From the NCBI GenBank assembly GCA_045649415.1, contig JAZRPY010000006.1, positions 14,466-78,465 on the forward strand: 64,000 nt of DNA, read 5' to 3'. Positions 1-8,843 of this stretch are shown piece after piece; position 1 is the first letter of the stretch; each line of letters opens with the position of its first letter. The DNA is from Clostridia bacterium (GTDB lineage Bacteria > Bacillota > Clostridia > UBA1381). A program made the position numbers and the translations under genes. The notes under the pieces were generated by a model. The model saw only the letters and a list, made by a program, of their open reading frames with translations. It did not search any database and was not told the origin of the DNA.

Positions 1-659
1 CAAGGAATGGTACTATTAAAAAGACCAACCTGATGGATTATGCTAAGATAAGACAGGGTGGACTTCGTGCTATTGAGCTTGTTGAGAACGATGTTCTGAT
101 TGATGTTAAGCTCACAAATGGTGAGGAAACAATTCTGATAGGAACTCATGACGGTTCAGCCATAAGATTCTCCGAAAAGGATGTAAGACCTATGGGCAGA
201 ACAACAAGAGGTGTGAGAGGTATCAGGCTCAAGAAGGATGACTATGTTGTGGGTGCTTGCGTATGTAAGGATACCGACGATTTATTGGCAGTTACAGAGA
301 ATGGCTTTGGTAAGAGAACATCCTTAGAGGAATACAAGGTACAAACAAGAGGTGGTAAGGGAATATTCACCTACAGGATTACCGAGAAAACAGGTAAGCT
401 TGCAGGTATCGAGGTAGTAACCGACGAGGATGATATTATGATGATCACCTCCGACGGAATACTCATAAGAACTCATGTAAGAGAAATAAGCAACTTCGGA
501 CGCCAGACTCAAGGTGTTAAGATTATGCGACTTGCAGAGGGCGTAAGTCTTGTTGGAATGACCAAGACTGAGTATATGGAGGAAGAGGATGCAGATGAAG
601 CAGAGGCTATAGAGCTAATCGACAATAATGAGATGGAAGAGCCTGTATCTGAGGAATGA
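1..659 (+). CDS. gyrA: DNA gyrase subunit A, C-terminal part (5' end lies outside the window)
   Basis: The frame is open from the window edge. It shows repeated GyrA C-terminal beta-pinwheel blades (GSAIRFSEKDVRPMGRTTRGVRGIRL, GILIRTHVREISNFGRQTQGVKIMRL) and an acidic tail EEEDADEAEA. Confidence 0.9.
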   Translation, partial: RNGTIKKTNLMDYAKIRQGGLRAIELVENDVLIDVKLTNGEETILIGTHDGSAIRFSEKDVRPMGRTTRGVRGIRLKKDDYVVGACVCKDTDDLLAVTENGFGKRTSLEEYKVQTRGGKGIFTYRITEKTGKLAGIEVVTDEDDIMMITSDGILIRTHVREISNFGRQTQGVKIMRLAEGVSLVGMTKTEYMEEEDADEAEAIELIDNNEMEEPVSEE

Positions 660-675
660 TAAAGGAGAAACAAGA

Positions 676-1365
676 ATGAAGAAAATTGCAATATTTATGG
701 CAGCTGCAATGCTTTTATTAAGCATTGCAGGCTGTGGTAGTAAAAAGGATGAGGTTGACCTAACAAGTAAGGATGTAGAAAACGAGGTAATAACCGAAAC
801 TCAAGAGCCTGAAAAGGATGAAGAGCTAAAAAATGAGGAAGCTACTGTTCAGGATAAGTATGCAAGAAAGATTTATTTCACCATTTATATGGATGATGGT
901 GGCGAAATGAAGGGTGAGCTATACCCTGATTTAGCACCTGTCACAGTTGATAACTTTGTTAAGCTATGTAACAACAAGTTCTATGATGGACTTATATTCC
1001 ACAGAGTAATAGAGGGCTTTATGATTCAGGGTGGAGGCTTTAATGACGAATATGAGCATAAAAAAGCAAATACCATTAAGGGAGAGTTCCAATCAAATGG
1101 AATTGAAAACGACTTAAAGCACACAAGAGGTGTAATTTCAATGGCAAGAGCAACGATGCCTGATTCTGCATCAAGCCAGTTCTTTATTATGCACGCAGAC
1201 TATCCGTCACTTGATGGACAATATGCAGCCTTTGGAAAAATTACCGAGGGACTTGACATTGTTGACGAGATAGCAACCTGTCAGACTGCAGTATTTGAAG
1301 AAATGGGAATGGAGGATGTACCTGTTATTCCATGCGTTATCAAAACAATCACAATAGACAAATAA
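676..1365 (+). CDS. Cyclophilin-type peptidyl-prolyl cis-trans isomerase, predicted lipoprotein (exported)
   Basis: ATG 676 is 7 nt after AAAGGAG. The protein has a signal peptide with lipobox LLSIAGC and cyclophilin motifs FHRVIEGFMIQGGG and SMAR..PDSASSQFFI. Confidence 0.85.
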   Translation: MKKIAIFMAAAMLLLSIAGCGSKKDEVDLTSKDVENEVITETQEPEKDEELKNEEATVQDKYARKIYFTIYMDDGGEMKGELYPDLAPVTVDNFVKLCNNKFYDGLIFHRVIEGFMIQGGGFNDEYEHKKANTIKGEFQSNGIENDLKHTRGVISMARATMPDSASSQFFIMHADYPSLDGQYAAFGKITEGLDIVDEIATCQTAVFEEMGMEDVPVIPCVIKTITIDK

Positions 1366-1376
1366 AGGAGAATAAT

Positions 1377-1850
1377 ATGAAAATAGAAATCAAAATGCAA
1401 TCAGGTGGCATAATGAGAGGGGAGCTATACCCCGATGTTGCACCTATAACTGTAGAAAATTTCAAAAAGCTTATTGAGGAAAATTTCTTTGAGGGCTTGA
1501 TTTTCCACAGAGTAATAGAAGGCTTTATGATTCAGGGTGGAGGCTTTAGTGCCGACGGAATGCATAAGGAAGCAAAGTCAATCAAGGGTGAATTTGATGC
1601 AAACGGAGTAAAGAATCCATTAAAGCATACAAGAGGAGTATTGTCAATGGCAAGAACAATGGTGCCTGATTCTGCATCAAGTCAGTTCTTTATTATGCAC
1701 AAGGATGCTCCACATCTTGACGGACAATATGCAGCCTTTGGAAAAATCACCGAAGGACTTGATGTAGTGGATGAAATCGCAACTACACCAACTACATTCT
1801 CAGACGAGCCTGTTGTTCCTCAGGTGATTGAATATATAAAACTTATATAA
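1377..1850 (+). CDS. Cyclophilin-type peptidyl-prolyl cis-trans isomerase, cytoplasmic paralog
   Basis: ATG 1377 follows AAAGGAG. It has the same cyclophilin motifs as the upstream gene but no signal peptide. Confidence 0.9.
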   Translation: MKIEIKMQSGGIMRGELYPDVAPITVENFKKLIEENFFEGLIFHRVIEGFMIQGGGFSADGMHKEAKSIKGEFDANGVKNPLKHTRGVLSMARTMVPDSASSQFFIMHKDAPHLDGQYAAFGKITEGLDVVDEIATTPTTFSDEPVVPQVIEYIKLI

Positions 1851-1883
1851 TTAGTAAGTATAACCAAATAAATAAAAGAAACA

Positions 1884-1919
1884 CTCCATAAAGTTGTGCA
1901 ACTTTATGGAGTTTCTTTA
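1884..1919 (+). terminator. Rho-independent terminator after the cyclophilin pair
   Basis: Stem ctccataaagtt/aactttatggag (12 bp) followed by tttcttt. Confidence 0.7.
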
Positions 1920-1990
1920 TATTTAACAGATTTGTAATATATTTATTGTATAATTTTTAAGTACTCCAATTAAAAGGAGGAGGAATTATT

Positions 1991-2923
1991 ATGAAAAAGG
2001 GAATAATTATATCGGTACTTATTTTGCTTCTGGTGTTGGCTTTGGCATTCTTTTTAAAGGAAGAGCCTGTAACACAAACAGACTCGGAAGCAGTTTTAGT
2101 GGATGTGGATATCTACCTTTTAAATGACACCGAGTCCTCACTTGTGACAGAAAAAAAGAGCGTTAAAACCTATGATGGCAAGGACTTGTTGGAAAATGTG
2201 GTAAAAGGCCTTATTGAAGGTCCTGCAAATACAAAGAATGTAGCAATTGCAGAAAAGGAAACAAAAGTCAACTCCATCACAAAGCTAAACGGAGATGTGA
2301 CGGTGGATTTTTCAAGAGAGTTTCTGTCGGGGGACAAAAACAAGGAAACCCTTGCAGTATATGCTGTGGTTAAAACACTTAGTCAATTGTCGGGAGTCAG
2401 CAGAGTAAAGGTGACAGTTGATGGTGAAGCACTCGTGGGTGCAGATTCAAAGGTGCTTGATTTTCTCTCGGGAGAGGACATCAATATGGAAAAGGACGAG
2501 AGCGTGGAATCAAAATATGTAACCTTGTATTTCCCTCAGGAAGACGAAACAACGATTGATAAGGAAATAAGAACCCTGAAGATAACCGATAATCAACCGT
2601 TGGAATATCATATTGTGTCCGAGCTTATAAAAGGACCTCAACAGGCAAGGAACAAGCCTGTTTTGTCGGCAGACACATCTGTTATATCGGCAGAAACCAC
2701 CGATGGAATTTGTTTTGTGAACTTCAATCAGAACTTTATGGCGAAAAACCCAAAGAATGATAAAAGAGACAGGGCAATTATATATTCAATTGTGAATTCA
2801 CTCACCGAGTCTGAGTCGGTAACAGGCGTTCAGCTATTGGTTGAAGGAAAGAAGGTCACCGAATTCGGCACTATGGACATAAGTGGAGTTTTCCAGAAAG
2901 ACGAACAAATAACAAACAAATAA
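1991..2923 (+). CDS. gerM: GerM-like sporulation/germination protein (two GerMN-type domains, N-terminal membrane anchor)
   Basis: N-terminal TM helix, then two repeats each with a ...GLIEGP / ...ELIKGP segment typical of GerMN domains. AGGAGG RBS before ATG 1991. Confidence 0.6.
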   Translation: MKKGIIISVLILLLVLALAFFLKEEPVTQTDSEAVLVDVDIYLLNDTESSLVTEKKSVKTYDGKDLLENVVKGLIEGPANTKNVAIAEKETKVNSITKLNGDVTVDFSREFLSGDKNKETLAVYAVVKTLSQLSGVSRVKVTVDGEALVGADSKVLDFLSGEDINMEKDESVESKYVTLYFPQEDETTIDKEIRTLKITDNQPLEYHIVSELIKGPQQARNKPVLSADTSVISAETTDGICFVNFNQNFMAKNPKNDKRDRAIIYSIVNSLTESESVTGVQLLVEGKKVTEFGTMDISGVFQKDEQITNK

Positions 2924-2932
2924 AAACCAAAA

Positions 2933-2969
2933 ATTACGCAGAAGAGAAATCTTTGCGTAATTTTTTTTA
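2933..2969 (+). terminator. Rho-independent terminator
   Basis: Stem attacgca...tgcgtaat followed by a T8 run. Confidence 0.65.
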
Positions 2970-3115
2970 ATCAGGAGATAATATAATAGGAAGAGATTGA
3001 AAATTATCAAAAATTAACAACCTGTTGAAAGTGGCTTAAGACCTGTAATTTCAAGGAAACTTATAAAAATTTTAAAGAATTTTAAATAAATTTAAATTAT
3101 TTTTCAAAAAAACTC

Positions 3116-3144
3116 TTTACAACAGCAGATTTTTGAGTTATAAT
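3116..3144 (+). promoter_or_regulatory. Sigma-A-type promoter of the BMC operon
   Basis: TTTACA - 17 nt - TATAAT, about 65 nt upstream of the aldolase ATG. It is preceded by phased TTTAAA repeats. Confidence 0.5.
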
Positions 3145-3209
3145 CAAATAAGAAACCAAAAAAAACAAAATAAAACAAATTTTTATAAAAACATAGGAGG
3201 GGCTTTGAT

Positions 3210-4049
3210 ATGATTAAGTCAGATTATGAAATCAAAAAAGAAATTTGTGAAATTGGCAGAAGAATTTACGAAGACGGATTTGTTGCTGCAAACGACGGTA
3301 ACATCTCAGTTAAGGTAGATGACAATACCTTTTTTACAACACCTACAGGTGTCAGCAAGGGTTATATGACTCCTGACATGATCTGTAAGGTGGATGGAAC
3401 AGGTAAATTAAAGGAGCCAAACAAGTGGAAGCCATCATCAGAATTTAAGATGCACTTGAGAGTGTATCAGGAGAGAAGTGATGTAAATTCAGTTGTTCAC
3501 GCTCATCCACCAATAGCTACATCATTTGCTATTGCAGGCATTCCTCTGGACAAGTTAATTATGCCAGAAGCAGTTATTTTCCTTGGTGCAGTGCCTATCG
3601 CTGATTACGGCACACCATCAACTATGGAAATTCCTGATTCATTGATGCCATACTTGCAGGACTATGATGCAATTTTGCTTGCAAACCACGGTGCGCTAAG
3701 TTTTGGTTGTGACTTAAACACTGCATTCTTCAGAATGGAATCAACAGAATTCTATGCAAAATTATTGATGTATGCTCGCTTGTTGGGTGGAGAAAAGGAA
3801 ATTCCATGTGGAGAGGTTAAGAAGCTTATCGACCTTCGTAAGTCATTCGGCGTATCAGGAAAGCACCCATTAGAGAAAATCTGCCCAGGATGCTACACAG
3901 GTGGAGATGCTGCTAAGGATTTAACTCCAACTGAAGCAGATGCAAAGTTTGCATCAGGCTCATGCTCAAATGGCAGCTGCTCAAACAAGTCTGTTGAAGA
4001 TATCGTTGCAGAGGTTACAAAGAGAGTTTTAGCTCAATATAATAAATAA
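3210..4049 (+). CDS. Class II aldolase (L-fuculose-1-phosphate aldolase-like) with a roughly 60-aa C-terminal extension ending in a putative encapsulation peptide
   Basis: FucA/adducin-type motifs AANDGNISV, HAHPP and ANHGALSFG. After the roughly 215-aa core comes a linker GSCSNGSCSN and an amphipathic tail SVEDIVAEVTKRVLAQYNK. AGGAGGGG RBS. Confidence 0.85.
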   Translation: MIKSDYEIKKEICEIGRRIYEDGFVAANDGNISVKVDDNTFFTTPTGVSKGYMTPDMICKVDGTGKLKEPNKWKPSSEFKMHLRVYQERSDVNSVVHAHPPIATSFAIAGIPLDKLIMPEAVIFLGAVPIADYGTPSTMEIPDSLMPYLQDYDAILLANHGALSFGCDLNTAFFRMESTEFYAKLLMYARLLGGEKEIPCGEVKKLIDLRKSFGVSGKHPLEKICPGCYTGGDAAKDLTPTEADAKFASGSCSNGSCSNKSVEDIVAEVTKRVLAQYNK

Positions 4050-4077
4050 TCAATAACTTGCAGAAGGGACTTTTAAT

Positions 4078-5016
4078 ATGGCAAAGCTATATACGGGTTT
4101 CGGGGATAAAGGCTATACCCAGACTATTAACAACAAACATATTTCAAAGTCTGACCCTGTTATTGAACTTCTTGGAACAATTGATGAGTTTACATCGGTT
4201 TTAGGTGTTGCAAAGGCTCACTCTCATGATAAGGACCTGATTTTTGATATTGAGCTTGTTCAAAAAAAGCTTGTATCCATAATGGGCGAAATATCAGGAG
4301 GAGCAAAATCTGTTACTCAGGATTGCATAAAGGCAGTTGAGAGCTTGTGTAACAAGTACTATGATGATTCAGTGAAGGAATTTATCCTTCCTGGAAAAAA
4401 TCTTGTATCAGCACAGCTTGATGTTGCAAGAGCAGTTATCCGTAGAGGAGAAAGAGTCGGAGTAAAGGCAATGCAGATAGGAAGAATAAATAACCTTCTT
4501 GTTACATATATAAATCGTTTGAGTGATTTAATCTATGCAATGGCAAGATATGCAGAAAAGGAAGAGGAGCTTTCTGAGGGAATTGCAAACACAGGTGAGG
4601 GATTAACCCTGCTTCTTGCAAAGGAAATCGCATTGGCAGTTGAGAAAAGAGCAGAGCAACTTTCAAAAAAGGTTGTTGTTGCAATCACTGACAGTGGAGC
4701 AAATCTCTTGCTACTACATTCTATGGATGATGCATACATTGCAAGTTGCAGAATAGCTCAGGATAAGGCATATACTGCAGTTGCACTAAAAATGCCAACC
4801 CACAAGGCGTTAGCTGAGTCAAGGGGAGGCAAGCTTGACGGACTTATGGTGACGGATAACAACAAAATCTCACTATTGGGTGGAGGATATCCACTTGTTA
4901 TAGGAAACAAAATTGTGGGAGGAATCGGAGTTTCGGGAGGAACTGCCGAGGAGGACACAGAATTTGCACACTTTGGCGCGTTGTATGCAGAAAGGAGGTC
5001 TGAATACAATGGATGA
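4078..5016 (+). CDS. pduO: PduO-type ATP:cob(I)alamin adenosyltransferase fused to a GlcG/DUF336 (heme-binding-like) domain
   Basis: N-terminus MAKLYTGFGDKGYTQT is typical of PduO-type adenosyltransferases. The C-terminal half contains GGGYPLV..GGIGVSGGTAEED, typical of the DUF336/GlcG domain as in full-length PduO. Confidence 0.8.
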   Translation: MAKLYTGFGDKGYTQTINNKHISKSDPVIELLGTIDEFTSVLGVAKAHSHDKDLIFDIELVQKKLVSIMGEISGGAKSVTQDCIKAVESLCNKYYDDSVKEFILPGKNLVSAQLDVARAVIRRGERVGVKAMQIGRINNLLVTYINRLSDLIYAMARYAEKEEELSEGIANTGEGLTLLLAKEIALAVEKRAEQLSKKVVVAITDSGANLLLLHSMDDAYIASCRIAQDKAYTAVALKMPTHKALAESRGGKLDGLMVTDNNKISLLGGGYPLVIGNKIVGGIGVSGGTAEEDTEFAHFGALYAERRSEYNG

Positions 5017-6436
5017 GAATATGATTGCACAGCTTGTTAAGGAAGTACTGGCAGGAATGGACCAGAAAACAGAGGAGAAAGCCTCTGATAAAAAACATCA
5101 ACTTGGCGTTTTTGACACAATGGAGGAAGCAATTCAAGCGTGCAACAAGGCTTATGAAACATTCAGATATTATAACAAGGAACAAAGAGAAAATATCATA
5201 AAAGAAATTCGCCGACTCACTCATGAGGAGGCAGAAACCATGGCAAAGCTTGCTGTGGAGGACACCAAGATGGGAAATGTTTATCACAAGATTTTAAAGC
5301 ATCATCTTGTGGCAGACAAAACTCCTGGCACTGAGGATTTGGAAACAAGGGCACTGTCGGGTGACAGAGGCCTGACCTTAGTTGAGATGGCACCCTATGG
5401 AATTATAGGCGCAATCACACCAAGCACCAACCCAAGCTGTACAGTAATATGTAACAGTATTGGAATGTTGGCTGCAGGAAACGGAGTTTTATTTAACCCA
5501 CACCCCCATGCAAAAAGGATTTCAGCTTATGCAGTAGATTTAGTAAACCGAGCAGTTTTAGCAGCAGGTGGACCTGAAAACATTGTTGCAACAGTTAAAA
5601 ATCCAACCATGGAATCATCCAACACAATGGTAAATCACCCATCGGTTCGTTTACTTGTGGCAACAGGTGGACCGGGAGTTGTGAAAATGCTTTTATCATC
5701 AGGAAAGAAAGCAATAGGTGCAGGTGCAGGAAACCCACCTGTTGTGGTTGATGATACTGCAGACATAGAAAAGGCCGCAAAGGACATTATCGACGGATGC
5801 ACATTCGACAATAATCTGCCATGTATAGCAGAGAAGGAATGCTTCGTAATGAGAAATGTGGCAGATGAGTTAGTTCACTATATGCAAAAAAATGGTGCGT
5901 ACTTATTAACAAGTGAGCAAACAAAGCAACTTGAAAAGGTTGTTTTGGTAGAGGCTCCTCCCAAAAACCCTGGTGACAAGCCAAAGCTTGTTATCAATAA
6001 GGATTGGGTAGGCAGAGATGCTAAAAAGATATTAGCACAAATCGGCGTAAATGCAGCAGATGATATTCGTTGTATCATATGCGAAACTGAGTTTAGTCAG
6101 GCATTTGTTCAGACAGAGCTTATGATGCCGATACTTCCGATAATAATATGCGAAACCTTTGAGGATGCTATGGAAATGGCAGTCAAGGCAGAGCATGGAA
6201 ATCGTCATTCTGCACATCTTCACTCAAAGAATGTTGACCATATGACAAGCTTTGCAAAGGCAATATGCACAACAATCTTTGTGAAGAATGCACCGAGCTA
6301 TGCAGGAATTGGCTTTAATAGTGAAGGACACACAACCTTTACAATCGCAGGACCTACAGGTGAGGGAATTACCTCGGCAAGAAGCTTCACCCGTCAGAGA
6401 AGATGCGTGTTGGTTGACAGTCTTTCCATAATATAA
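5009..6436 (+). CDS. CoA-acylating aldehyde dehydrogenase (PduP/EutE family) with an N-terminal encapsulation peptide
   Basis: ATG 5009 is 8 nt after AGGAGG and overlaps the pduO stop. It has the catalytic-Cys motif FDNNLPCIAEKE. The N-terminal amphipathic segment ENMIAQLVKEVLAGM is followed by a charged linker. Confidence 0.85.
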   Translation: MDENMIAQLVKEVLAGMDQKTEEKASDKKHQLGVFDTMEEAIQACNKAYETFRYYNKEQRENIIKEIRRLTHEEAETMAKLAVEDTKMGNVYHKILKHHLVADKTPGTEDLETRALSGDRGLTLVEMAPYGIIGAITPSTNPSCTVICNSIGMLAAGNGVLFNPHPHAKRISAYAVDLVNRAVLAAGGPENIVATVKNPTMESSNTMVNHPSVRLLVATGGPGVVKMLLSSGKKAIGAGAGNPPVVVDDTADIEKAAKDIIDGCTFDNNLPCIAEKECFVMRNVADELVHYMQKNGAYLLTSEQTKQLEKVVLVEAPPKNPGDKPKLVINKDWVGRDAKKILAQIGVNAADDIRCIICETEFSQAFVQTELMMPILPIIICETFEDAMEMAVKAEHGNRHSAHLHSKNVDHMTSFAKAICTTIFVKNAPSYAGIGFNSEGHTTFTIAGPTGEGITSARSFTRQRRCVLVDSLSII

Positions 6437-6454
6437 GAAAAGGAGTATGACGAT

Positions 6455-7669
6455 ATGAATTTCAACGAACAAAGAATTGAAGCATTGGTACAGGCAGTGT
6501 TGAAAGAGATGAACACTCAGGGAGCAGCTCCTCAGCCAAAGGCTGCAGGCTCAGTTCCAAAAACTGCTAAGGTAGCAATGCTCACAGGTTTGAATAAGTT
6601 CGAAATTCAGGAGCATCCAATCCCCGAAATCGGCGATGACGACATTTTGGTTAAGGTCGAAGGTTGCGGGATTTGTGGAACTGATGTTCATGAATGGAGA
6701 GCAGACCCATTCGGACTTATCCCTGTAGTTCTCGGTCACGAGGGAACAGGTGAAATTGTGGCAATGGGTAAGAACATAAAGGCCGACACTCAGGGAAATC
6801 CTGTGAAGGTTGGCGACAAGATTGTAACAAGCGTATCTGCTTGTGGTGAATGTCCAATGTGTAAATTGCATCCTGAACTACCACACTTGTGTCAGAGCGC
6901 AAAAATTCAGGGACTTTTACCTGACGATAATAAAAACCACTTGCATGGTTGGTTTGCAAACTATATGCTCATTGAAAAGGGTGCAACCTTCTTCAATGTA
7001 TCAGATATGACCTTAGACCAGAGAATTTTGATTGAGCTTGCAGCAGTTGCAACTCACGCAGTTCGTCGTGCAAGTGACACAAGATTGATGCCAATGGGTG
7101 CAACAATTGTTATTCAGGGCTGTGGTCCTGTTGGATTGATGGTTATAGCTCACTTAAAAACAAAGGGCTACAGAAACATCATTGCAATTGACGGAACAGA
7201 GCAAAGACTTGATATGGCAAAGAAATTGGGTGCATCCCACACAATCAACTTCAGAGATTTTAAATCAGTTGAAGACAAGGTTAAGTATGTAAAGGATTTA
7301 ACATTCGGCTTGGGTGCAGATTTTGCATTCCAATGTACAGGAGCTCCTGCAGCTGCCGCTGAGGTATGGAAGTATGTGAGAACAGGTGGAGGCCTTTGTG
7401 AAATGGGATTCTTCGTAAACAACGGAGAATGCTCCATCAACCCACACTTCGATATTTGTCAGAAGGAAATCACAGTTGTTGGCTCATGGACATATGGAGC
7501 TTTGGAATATCCTGACACAATCGCATTCGTTAAGCAATGCTGTGAAATGGGCATTCCTTTAACAGACCTTATTACTCACCGTTACGGATTAGACGAAATG
7601 GATGAGGCTATGGAGGTAAATGTTGCTCAGAAGGGCTTGAAAATTGCTTACATAAATAAGGAGATATAA
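6455..7669 (+). CDS. Zinc-dependent medium-chain alcohol dehydrogenase with a roughly 35-aa N-terminal extension (encapsulation peptide plus Pro/Ala linker)
   Basis: MDR motifs CGICGTDVH, GHEGTGEIV, structural-Zn CGECPMCK and Rossmann GCGPVGL. The N-terminus is NEQRIEALVQAVLKEMN followed by TQGAAPQPKAAGSVPK. Confidence 0.85.
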   Translation: MNFNEQRIEALVQAVLKEMNTQGAAPQPKAAGSVPKTAKVAMLTGLNKFEIQEHPIPEIGDDDILVKVEGCGICGTDVHEWRADPFGLIPVVLGHEGTGEIVAMGKNIKADTQGNPVKVGDKIVTSVSACGECPMCKLHPELPHLCQSAKIQGLLPDDNKNHLHGWFANYMLIEKGATFFNVSDMTLDQRILIELAAVATHAVRRASDTRLMPMGATIVIQGCGPVGLMVIAHLKTKGYRNIIAIDGTEQRLDMAKKLGASHTINFRDFKSVEDKVKYVKDLTFGLGADFAFQCTGAPAAAAEVWKYVRTGGGLCEMGFFVNNGECSINPHFDICQKEITVVGSWTYGALEYPDTIAFVKQCCEMGIPLTDLITHRYGLDEMDEAMEVNVAQKGLKIAYINKEI

Positions 7670-7672
7670 CAA

Positions 7673-8011
7673 ATGAATGCAATAGGCATTATTGAAATTT
7701 TTGGTTTTGTCTGTGCGATAAAGGTTGCAGACGCAGCAGCAAAGGCTGCAGATGTGAAGGTTATTGCAATAGACTCAAATAAGCCTGCAAACGCTGAAAC
7801 CGTTGATGTCCCTCTCATTATGTGCGTTAAAATTCAAGGCAGTGTATCTGCAGTTGAAGCGGCAGTTGAGGCAGGAAAGAAAGCGGCCGAGGCCTGCACA
7901 GGCTTGATACAGGCACATGTTATCCCTCGTCCCACAGAGGATGCTGAAAAAATGGCACTTCGTTCAAGTGTGGGTAGGGACATACTTGGCAAAATAAAGA
8001 ACAACGCATAA
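7673..8011 (+). CDS. BMC-H-type shell protein, divergent (extended pore-loop region and C-terminal tail)
   Basis: Pfam00936-like fold signature: IGIIE...AADAAAKAADV...QGSVSAVEAAVEAG...AHVIPRP. The canonical K-I-G-S-G pore loop is replaced by DSNKPANAETVDVPLIM. Confidence 0.75.
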   Translation: MNAIGIIEIFGFVCAIKVADAAAKAADVKVIAIDSNKPANAETVDVPLIMCVKIQGSVSAVEAAVEAGKKAAEACTGLIQAHVIPRPTEDAEKMALRSSVGRDILGKIKNNA

Positions 8012-8042
8012 AAAGGTTTAAAAAAGAAAGGAAAGTGTGAAA

Positions 8043-8312
8043 ATGGAAGCATTAGGAATGATTGAAACAAGAGGCTTGACAGCATCAATCGAAGCAGCAG
8101 ATGCTATGACAAAGGCTGCAAATGTTACCTTAGTAGGAACTGAAAAAATTGGTTCAGGCTTGGTAAGTGTTATCGTAAGAGGCGATGTAGGCGCAGTTAA
8201 GGCTGCAGTTGAAGCAGGTGCTCAGGCTGCAAGCAGATTGGGCGAATTAGTTGCTCAACATGTGATTCCTCGTCCTCACGGAGATGTTGAAAAGATTTTG
8301 CCCTCTATCTAA
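8043..8312 (+). CDS. BMC-H shell protein (PduA/EutM-like hexamer)
   Basis: [12 protein letters not shown]...[12 protein letters not shown]...[25 protein letters not shown]...HVIPRPH. ATG 8043 is preferred over GTG 8037 by comparison with the paralog at 8844. Confidence 0.9.
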   Translation: MEALGMIETRGLTASIEAADAMTKAANVTLVGTEKIGSGLVSVIVRGDVGAVKAAVEAGAQAASRLGELVAQHVIPRPHGDVEKILPSI

Positions 8313-8343
8313 GCTAAAAATTAGACAGAAGGGGTGTTAAGAA

Positions 8344-8817
8344 ATGAGCTTTTCAATCGGACTCATAGAGGTTCAGGCTCTCGGTCATGCAATTACTGTT
8401 GCAGACGAGATGCTAAAAGCGGCAGATGTTAAATTCATTGCAACCGAAAGAAAATTAGGTGGCAGATTGGTCACATTGGTTGTTAAGGGAAATGTTTCGG
8501 CAGTTAATGCAGCAATCGAAACAGGACGAAATCTTGCCGAGTCGTTGGGATGCTTAAAGGCGGCAGAGGTAATTGCCCGCCCCCATCCCGAAATATTTAA
8601 ATTCCTACATATTGATGAGGAAGAAAAGCCTGTTAGCAAAGAGGAGGCTAAGGTGGAAGAGAAAAAGGTTGAGGAAAAAACCACAAAAACAACCACCACC
8701 AAAAAGCCTGCAACTAAAAAGGCTACAGGTAGTAAAACAAGTTCTAAAGCAGGAGCAAAAAAGCCTGCTTCAGATAAAAAGACTTCAACAAGAGGTCAGA
8801 AGAAAACAACAAAGTAA
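8344..8817 (+). CDS. BMC-H shell protein with a roughly 65-aa Glu/Lys/Thr-rich low-complexity C-terminal tail
   Basis: BMC domain (IGLIEVQALGHAITVADEMLKAADV...VKGNVSAVNAAIETG...VIARPHPE). The tail is EEEKPVSKEEAKVEEKKVEEKTTKTTTTKKPATKKATGSKTSSKAGAKKPASDKKTSTRGQKKTTK. Confidence 0.85.
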   Translation: MSFSIGLIEVQALGHAITVADEMLKAADVKFIATERKLGGRLVTLVVKGNVSAVNAAIETGRNLAESLGCLKAAEVIARPHPEIFKFLHIDEEEKPVSKEEAKVEEKKVEEKTTKTTTTKKPATKKATGSKTSSKAGAKKPASDKKTSTRGQKKTTK

Positions 8818-8843
8818 ATAATTTTTTATAGGAGGTTTTTAAA

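Noticed and set aside
2924-3209. A possible cobalamin riboswitch upstream of the BMC operon, considered because pduO and pduS-like genes are present.
   Set aside because: The leader is only about 65 nt and A-rich, with no B12-box-like element or extended structure.
8573-8821. An 82-aa alternative-frame ORF (Arg/Lys/Gln-rich) inside the BMC-H tail region.
   Set aside because: It is a frame-shifted reading of the A/G-rich low-complexity tail-coding DNA and has no independent start signals.
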